A stretch of DNA of 40,118 bases from a phage, in the sequence record PZ379598.1; one strand, 5' to 3'. Within the stretch, counting starts at the first letter, position 1, and each line of letters opens with the position of its first letter. The notes beneath the pieces are model-generated. The model saw nothing but the letters and a program-made list of their open reading frames with translations. It searched no databases and was not told where the DNA came from. Made by a program: the position numbers and the translations under genes. Below, piece after piece: positions 34,614 through 40,118 of the stretch.

Positions 34614-34844
34614 TTATCTAATTAGAGGGAATGACGGATACTGAATGCGCTCGTCTTCCATCCACGCGTTAAGAACTTCATCAATCGAAGCTATAAGGTT
34701 GTACTCGTTAGGTTGAATCCACCCAGTCACACCCGACTGTAATCTGTCTCTGAGAATGATTAAATCCTTATAAGTCAGCTCTACATGGCAACGTCCCGAC
34801 CCATCGTTGAATACCCTGTTGTGTGCTACAAGTTTCATTGACAT
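34614..34844 (-). CDS. Hypothetical protein (76 aa)
   Basis: ORF with AGGAGGAG upstream, 15 nt after the RNAP stop; no recognisable motif. Confidence 0.65.
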   Translation of the reverse strand: MSMKLVAHNRVFNDGSGRCHVELTYKDLIILRDRLQSGVTGWIQPNEYNLIASIDEVLNAWMEDERIQYPSFPLIR

Positions 34845-34859
34845 ATACTCCTCCTGTTG

Positions 34860-37541
34860 TTAAGCGAATGCAAAGTCTGAAGACAAGATGTCTTCGATAT
34901 TCAGTTTACCTTTCTTCGGAAGCTCAGGCAACTTGTCTCTCTGGCTCTCGTGAAGCTGGTATTCAAACTGCTCGTAGAAGTCAAGCAGCACATCGTTGTC
35001 GCGGTATGTCTCGACCATCGTCTCACGGACTCCACGGAACAGATACTCAGCGTCAGCCGGGATGGTCCCGAAGCTATCGTGAATCACTGCGAATGACATC
35101 ACGCCATATTTGCGGTGCGTGTGGACTACAGTCTTGCGGAGGTGGCTACCATCTTGTGAGTGGACGAAGTTCGGGCTAATGCCTGACTCCTGCTTGTGCT
35201 TGTCCAGCTCTTTCTTCGTGCCTTTGTTGACGGTAGGCTGAAGGTTGAATGACCCTAAGAACATCAGGTTCAGACGAGTGGTGTCCTTCTTGCGGTATTC
35301 CTGCCAGACAGGGAAACCATCAGGTGTGACCCAGTGTACCGGAAGACAAGGCTTCAGGATTTCTCCAGTCTTCTTGTCCTTCACTTCAGCAGCAAGCAGC
35401 TTGGCAGCACCCTGAAGCCATTTCATCGCGTCAACCGCAGCAACTACGGTCACACTCACAGCTTCCCAAATCATCTTAGCCATGAAGCGAGATGCTTGGC
35501 TTGGTTCAGTGAACATAGCGCCAGACCCTGAGTCAATCGCTGGCATCACGATGTCCTCGTAAACTTGGTCTGCGAAGCCGTACTCTTTCGACCCGTAGGC
35601 CAGAGTCATGACCGAACGCTTAGTGACCTTTCGTGACATACCGTAGGTCAGCCACTGACGGGCAAGCTCTCGTGTCCCCAGCTTGAGACGCTCGGTAATC
35701 TCACCAGTTTTCTTGTCCTCGTGAGTTACCATCTCGTTGTCCGTACCGTTAACCAGTAGGACTTTAAGCTCCTCCTCAATGCGGTCAGACACGATGCGGT
35801 AGATGTCTTGGACCTTACCGGATGGCGTCAGGTTTACTGCATGTCCACCGATGTGGTCGCGAAGCATAGCGCTGAAGTGCTGAATCCCAGAGCAGGACCC
35901 ATCGAACGCTATCGGCAGCGAGCAGGAGTAAGACAAGCCGTGGTGCATTACGCCAGCATACTCGAAGCAGAACGCTAGGAAGCAGAACGGAGAGTCTAAC
36001 TTGCCCCACCACTCAATGCTATCCATCGGTGCCTTGGCAGCAGCCATGATGTTGTCGTGGTTATCTTCCACCCACTTGATACGCTCCTCGAAGGTGACTT
36101 TATCGACACCCGCGCAGTTTGCACCGTGGACCTTCAGCCATTTGAAACCATCAGCACCAATAGGCTTACCGACTGCCAGAGTCAGAAGACCCTTTTGCAT
36201 GTCGTTACCCTGAGGGTTGAACATCGGCACAGCGTAGACGCGACCGCGCCAGTCCATGTTATACGGGAACCAGATGGCCTTGAACTGAGAGAACTTGTTC
36301 GCTTGGTTGACGATAAAGCTCAGTGACAATCTTCGTGACTGTCTGGCCTTCTCGCGGCGATAGATACCAGCAGCAGCCTTCTTCCATGCCTTGAGTTCTT
36401 CTTCAGTCTCACCCGCATAGTCCTCAGGCTTCAGCGGTTCCATCTGAGGGATGTCATCAATAGGCGTGTTGTTCAGCTTCTCGACCATGTTCACCACTTC
36501 CAGAACCTTCTTGTTCACTTTCCAAGGTGTATTCTGAATGATGTTCACAGCGTCATAGACTTCAGGCATATACACGTCTTCGTAGCGTGCTACCGCAGAC
36601 TTAGACCCTAAGCGAATCAGTGGTAATGGTCTGCGTCCTTTGGCCCAGTACCCACCGCCTACGACACCAGTCCACGGCTTAGGTGGAACGACGCAAGGCT
36701 GGTAGACTGGAGCTATACCCGCAAGGCTGAATCCTCGTTGTGCCATCTTCTTGACCCAGAAGTCTGACAGGTGGACCATCTCAACGTCAGCCGCTGCATT
36801 GCCAGCACCGTAACGCTTAAGCTCGACCAGTTGTGTGGACTGGATGACAATCTCCAGCATCTTGATTCCAACGTGGACAGCCTCGGTCGGACTCCAAGTC
36901 CCCCACGCATCTTCCAGTTGGCCTTGCTCCAGCATGGATGCCTCGACCGCTTGCATGTAGGCTTTCTTGTAGGACGCCCCGGCCCGCTTATTCAGGTTAT
37001 CAGCTATCGCCTTCTTGAAGTGCTCTTTCTCCTTGTCACGGATGCGACCGAAGCGGATTTCGTCCTCAAGTGTGCGACCTATCGCTGAGGCCATCGGTGT
37101 AATCGGTATCCCTTCAGGCTTGACCAGCTTGGAGAGTATGACCTTCAGTATGATAACCGCAGCAGACTCGCAGGAGATGCGCAAAGAGCGGACCTTTACG
37201 GCCTTCTCTTCAGTGCTCAACATGGTGAACGCTACGCTCGGACGAGAGGTTGACAGCTTCCCGTCTGGACCTTCATGCCACTCCTTGACGGCTTGCGCAA
37301 TCTTAGGGACCAGAGTCTGCATCAAAGGCTTGGCGACCTGATTGTCTGCCAGTTCCCCTCGCTCAGTCTGTCTCTCAAGGTTCTTGATGAAACGTCGCTC
37401 GCCTTCAGTGTATGCCTCGTGCTCAAGCTGAAGCTGTTTGACTGCAAGGTCTTGCCCGTAGTGGTCAGCCAGTAGGTTAAACGGCTCAATGGCGTTCGAC
37501 ACATCAGAGAAGTCGTGCTTGTCAATAGAGATGACGCTCAT
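34860..37541 (-). CDS. gp1: Single-subunit DNA-directed RNA polymerase (T7 gp1-like)
   Basis: 893 aa; colinear with recalled T7 RNAP from the N-terminus (DFSD...PFN.LADHYG, LEHE.Y..GE.RF) through the C-terminal FAFA. Confidence 0.97.
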   Translation of the reverse strand: MSVISIDKHDFSDVSNAIEPFNLLADHYGQDLAVKQLQLEHEAYTEGERRFIKNLERQTERGELADNQVAKPLMQTLVPKIAQAVKEWHEGPDGKLSTSRPSVAFTMLSTEEKAVKVRSLRISCESAAVIILKVILSKLVKPEGIPITPMASAIGRTLEDEIRFGRIRDKEKEHFKKAIADNLNKRAGASYKKAYMQAVEASMLEQGQLEDAWGTWSPTEAVHVGIKMLEIVIQSTQLVELKRYGAGNAAADVEMVHLSDFWVKKMAQRGFSLAGIAPVYQPCVVPPKPWTGVVGGGYWAKGRRPLPLIRLGSKSAVARYEDVYMPEVYDAVNIIQNTPWKVNKKVLEVVNMVEKLNNTPIDDIPQMEPLKPEDYAGETEEELKAWKKAAAGIYRREKARQSRRLSLSFIVNQANKFSQFKAIWFPYNMDWRGRVYAVPMFNPQGNDMQKGLLTLAVGKPIGADGFKWLKVHGANCAGVDKVTFEERIKWVEDNHDNIMAAAKAPMDSIEWWGKLDSPFCFLAFCFEYAGVMHHGLSYSCSLPIAFDGSCSGIQHFSAMLRDHIGGHAVNLTPSGKVQDIYRIVSDRIEEELKVLLVNGTDNEMVTHEDKKTGEITERLKLGTRELARQWLTYGMSRKVTKRSVMTLAYGSKEYGFADQVYEDIVMPAIDSGSGAMFTEPSQASRFMAKMIWEAVSVTVVAAVDAMKWLQGAAKLLAAEVKDKKTGEILKPCLPVHWVTPDGFPVWQEYRKKDTTRLNLMFLGSFNLQPTVNKGTKKELDKHKQESGISPNFVHSQDGSHLRKTVVHTHRKYGVMSFAVIHDSFGTIPADAEYLFRGVRETMVETYRDNDVLLDFYEQFEYQLHESQRDKLPELPKKGKLNIEDILSSDFAFA

Positions 37542-37614
37542 ACTTAAAGTCCTTGTTATTAGTCTTTCACTTAAAGTCTCTTTGGTCTTTCACTTGGAGT
37601 CTTAGACCTTGAGT

Positions 37615-37633
37615 CCTATAGTGATAGTTAAGT
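37615..37633 (-). promoter_or_regulatory. Phage RNAP promoter directly upstream of the RNAP gene
   Basis: Plus-strand CCTATAGTGATAGTTAAGTC, about 75 nt upstream of the RNAP start codon; the leader contains two copies of AGTCTTTCACTT. Confidence 0.7.
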
Positions 37634-37638
37634 CAGAA

Positions 37639-37965
37639 TTACTTGCATATCAGCGGGTTAGCGTGGAGATGACTGAAGTCACCATGAGTCGTGTGCTTGA
37701 TGGTTGACCGTTGGTCTATCGCCTTCCATCCTGAGACTAAAAGTTTACCATCGTCAGTGATTGGTCGTCCACCATACACCAGACACATTAGTTCGGACTT
37801 ATGGCCCTCAGCCCGTAGTCTTGCTTGCAGTACCCGGTCCCGCTCCTGCTGTTGACGTGCGGAGTGACTTGACGTTCCGTGACGATACCCGGTAGCCAGT
37901 AGGCTTAACATTTGCATGTCTGCGTCCATAGAGTGTACCAGATTAATCCCGTATGACTTGTTCAT
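37639..37965 (-). CDS. Hypothetical early protein (108 aa)
   Basis: ORF whose ATG overlaps the upstream stop (TAATG); contains His-rich segments (HGTSSH, HTTHGDFSHLH); no confident family assignment. Confidence 0.6.
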   Translation of the reverse strand: MNKSYGINLVHSMDADMQMLSLLATGYRHGTSSHSARQQQERDRVLQARLRAEGHKSELMCLVYGGRPITDDGKLLVSGWKAIDQRSTIKHTTHGDFSHLHANPLICK

Positions 37966-38168
37966 TACAGTTTGCTCCCAAGTGTTGCTATATCCCAGAC
38001 GTTCGCTAAGTTACGCATGAATCGTCCGTTAGGTTGACGTACAGTCCAGCTACCCAGACGTACATATTTGAATTTGTAGACTTTACGCGCTTTGTTGATG
38101 TCTCTCACCAGCACGTAGGCGATAAGTCCATAGCCTATGGCTATCAATAGTGCGATACTCATAGTCAT
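37965..38168 (-). CDS. Small membrane protein (67 aa), early region
   Basis: MTMSIALLIAIGYGLIAYVLV... with one predicted transmembrane helix; its ATG overlaps the stop of the upstream 34-aa ORF (ATGA). The track reports a 124-aa ORF (37965..38339) starting at a GTG with no ribosome-binding site. Confidence 0.55.
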   Translation of the reverse strand: MTMSIALLIAIGYGLIAYVLVRDINKARKVYKFKYVRLGSWTVRQPNGRFMRNLANVWDIATLGSKL

Positions 38169-38269
38169 AAGCCCCATAACAGTTGAGTAAGGACCGGTAG
38201 TTTGCAGACTAGAGTAAACATTCCCCACACTACGAAGCCTGAGATAGTCCAGATGATTGCAGTGCTCAT
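38165..38269 (-). CDS. Micro membrane protein (34 aa), early region
   Basis: Hand-found ORF MSTAIIWTISGFVVWGMFTLVCKLPVLTQLLWGL with AGGAG 6 nt upstream of the ATG; hydrophobic throughout; in the +1 frame relative to the 124-aa track ORF. Confidence 0.5.
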   Translation of the reverse strand: MSTAIIWTISGFVVWGMFTLVCKLPVLTQLLWGL

Positions 38270-38401
38270 AGTTAACTCCTATCAATGTAAGTGGTAATCT
38301 TTGAGGCCACCTATCAGTCGATGACCTCTCGTCTATCACTCAGTACCATCACGTCAGTGTTATGGTCAAGCTATGATTTGGTTCTCTCCTGTTTATTTAG
38401 G

Positions 38402-38629
38402 TTACTCGCCGTCTCCTTCTGTAAGGCTATCGTCTATTAATTCAAATTTACCGTTTGAGTGTTGGATAGCCTCTTGTCCGCAATGGTCGCAAACCACCAG
38501 TTTATCGAACCCGTCAAACTCGTCACCTGCTACGCAAGAAAGTACGAATTTATGATTGGTGCATACTTCTTGCGTTTCACCGAAAATTGCTCGAAAACCT
38601 TTGGTTATGGCACCAGTGATTGTGTTCAT
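38402..38629 (-). CDS. Hypothetical Cys-rich early protein (75 aa, possible zinc ribbon)
   Basis: ORF with GAGAGGGAAG upstream; four Cys (C-x8-C ... C-x2-C) and an acidic C-terminus; preceded by the same 21-bp leader motif as the Ocr-like gene. Confidence 0.65.
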   Translation of the reverse strand: MNTITGAITKGFRAIFGETQEVCTNHKFVLSCVAGDEFDGFDKLVVCDHCGQEAIQHSNGKFELIDDSLTEGDGE

Positions 38630-38841
38630 ATCTTCCCTCTCAGTTGTTAATGACTATCAGTCAGGCCACCAGCATTGATGACCTGTAGTCTGTCACTTAG
38701 CGTGTAAACTGTCGTGTATACGCTTGCGTCTCCTGTAGACCACTTTCAAGAGACGCATAGCCCAATCGTGGTCTAACTGCCCGGTCTTGACCATAAGCCG
38801 GGCGTTAGTGACGTGGTGCTGGCAGAGGCCATAAGTTACCA

Positions 38842-39345
38842 TCACTCGCAGTCCTCAGCAGCAGGGTCAAACACTACGTTATCATTGATGTCTTCCACCT
38901 GAAGGTGGCGACCTATCACATAGTTGACCTTGGCACATGCAGTAGCGACCTCAAGAGCTACAGCTTGCACAATTATTGCGCCTGTTTTAGCGTCAACTAC
39001 CCAATATTCATCCTCTTCGTCTGCCTCTTCATCCTCAAACCAGACTACATCCAAGCTATTAGACACGTCGTTATAAAGTGCCTCATAGATGCGAGCTTGT
39101 AGGATACGCGTTACGTCCTTGGTTTCAGGTATCATCCCAGAGTCTTCGAACTCGTTGTCTATACCATCAGCAGCCATCACCGTAAAAATCTCGTGGTAAT
39201 AGTGTGGAACCTGACCGTCTACGACCTCATGCAGCGCATCGCTGTAGTCGTCATCTTGAGTCAGGTGGTCGTACTGAATACGCTCGATAAATGCCTCAAC
39301 GGTTGCAGCCAGCAGCTCATAGTATGCGTTAGCATTACGTTCCAT
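38842..39345 (-). CDS. ocr: Ocr-like DNA-mimic anti-restriction protein (T7 gp0.3-like) with C-terminal extension
   Basis: 167 aa; residues 1-110 align with recalled T7 Ocr (NIRYDD..D.DD..DA.H...[35 protein letters not shown]); very acidic; about 50 extra C-terminal residues. Confidence 0.85.
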   Translation of the reverse strand: MERNANAYYELLAATVEAFIERIQYDHLTQDDDYSDALHEVVDGQVPHYYHEIFTVMAADGIDNEFEDSGMIPETKDVTRILQARIYEALYNDVSNSLDVVWFEDEEADEEDEYWVVDAKTGAIIVQAVALEVATACAKVNYVIGRHLQVEDINDNVVFDPAAEDCE

Positions 39346-39379
39346 AGTTATATCCTCTCAAAGTTAATTATGTGTTAAT

Positions 39380-39470
39380 GACTATCAGTCAGGGCCTTCA
39401 GATGTAGACTCAAAGGCCCTGTAGTTAGTCGCTATCGGCGCACATTAAGAGTTTATCCAGATTGTTAAAG
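39380..39470 (-). promoter_or_regulatory. R0.3-like RNase III processing region in the early leader
   Basis: Minus strand contains CTCTTTAACAATCTGGATAAACTCTT, closely matching the recalled T7 leader CTCTTTAACAATCTGGTAAATAGCTCTT, followed by a perfect 9-bp hairpin CAGGGCCTT...AAGGCCCTG. Confidence 0.6.
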
Positions 39471-39535
39471 AGCATTCCCTTCAGTCAGAGGACTTCAGGT
39501 AGACCATTCAGTGTTGGTCATCACCGTTGTTTCGA

Positions 39536-39574
39536 TGTGGTACATATTACTTTAAGTCGTTACTGCCTGTCAAC
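39536..39574 (-). promoter_or_regulatory. Host sigma70 early promoter (T7 A3-like)
   Basis: Minus strand TTGACA - 18 nt - TAATAT followed by GTACCACATCGAAAC, paralleling the recalled T7 A3 promoter (TTGACA ... TACGAT GTACCACATGAAAC). A weaker TTGACT-containing candidate lies at about 39675-39715. Confidence 0.65.
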
Positions 39575-39789
39575 TACTTTCTGTCGGTTGCCTGTTGTTC
39601 GTATGTCTTACAGGCTGACTACTTAACCGGACCGGTCCGGCGTCTTCACTATCCGGTTGTTGCCGTGTCGTGTTGACGGAAGCTATTAGGCCATAGTCTG
39701 GACCTATAGTCAATAGGTAATTCGAAATAATATTGATTAAGCTATCGTCGGCCCCATGGTGTAAGAGGATATAGTCTTTGACTAACATG

Positions 39790-39960
39790 TCTTAGACCTT
39801 AAGTCTATAGCCTTGTGTCTATTAACTGTAGGTCTATGACTGTAGGTGTTGGTGTCTTATGGTTGAGACTGTAGGTTAGTGAGACTGTAGGTTATGACTT
39901 ATGGTTGTGAGAGGTAGGCTGTGACCTATGGTTGTGACTTATGGTTATACAGATAGAGAC
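39790..39960. repeat. Array of short repeats next to the terminal repeat (CTGTAGGT and TTATGGTT units, about 4 copies each)
   Basis: Tandem short repeats lie between the early promoter region and the terminal repeat, analogous to the CCTAAAG-type repeats at the T7 left end. Confidence 0.55.
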
Positions 39961-39967
39961 TCAAAGA

Positions 39968-40118
39968 AGACCAATAGTCCCTGCCTATCGTCCTTCCCTA
40001 AGCCATAGCCACAACCTATCGTTGACCTGAAGTCTTGACCATCGGTCTAACCTTATGATATACTGGGGTAGGGCCTTTGGTCTGGACTGAAAGATGGCCT
40101 ATGGGGGACTTGAGGTTC
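39968..40118. repeat. Direct terminal repeat, copy at window end
   Basis: Identical to bases 1-151; the repeat may extend beyond the window edge. Confidence 0.9.

Noticed and set aside
37639-37965. Possible 2H-phosphoesterase-like motifs (H-x-T) in the 108-aa early protein
   Set aside because: The two His-Thr pairs do not have the hydrophobic context of true 2H motifs and the protein is too short for that fold; left as an unassigned orphan.
39570-39788. 72-aa minus-strand ORF in the far early region
   Set aside because: It lies across the host promoter region (TTGACA/TAATAT elements) upstream of the first gene, has no ribosome-binding site and a low-complexity composition; most likely non-coding.

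Overview
This window is a complete T7-like podophage genome (about 40.1 kb) drawn in reverse orientation: every credible gene is on the minus strand, and bases 1-151 are identical to 39968-40118 (direct terminal repeats). Reading the minus strand from high to low coordinates gives the canonical T7 order: host sigma70 promoters and an R0.3-like RNase III site, an Ocr-like gene and small early genes, RNA polymerase, genes 1.1/1.2, ligase, early terminator, nucleotide kinase, gp2, SSB, endonuclease I, lysozyme, primase-helicase, DNA polymerase, gp5.5/5.7, exonuclease, gp6.5/6.7/7/7.3, portal, scaffold, capsid (with a -1 frameshift extension), a Tphi-like terminator, gp11, gp12, gp13-16, tail fibre, holin, small terminase, spanins, large terminase and gp19.5. 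Eleven copies of a phage promoter (minus-strand consensus CTAAACTATCACTATAGG) and three copies of a conserved R1.1-like hairpin element punctuate the map. Non-core content worth attention: two orphan genes between RNAP and the gene 1.1 promoter, a 164-aa orphan between endonuclease I and lysozyme, an early cluster of Ocr plus orphans and coupled micro-membrane proteins, three HNH endonuclease genes at gene junctions, a DUF3850/ASCH-like gene between the tail tubular genes, a depolymerase-type tailspike, and an atypical gp16 N-terminus. I could not pin any of these to a named defence or anti-defence system from sequence alone. All homology calls are from recalled protein sequences, not database searches. 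Coordinates I derived by hand (features not in the ORF track) may be off by 1-2 nt.
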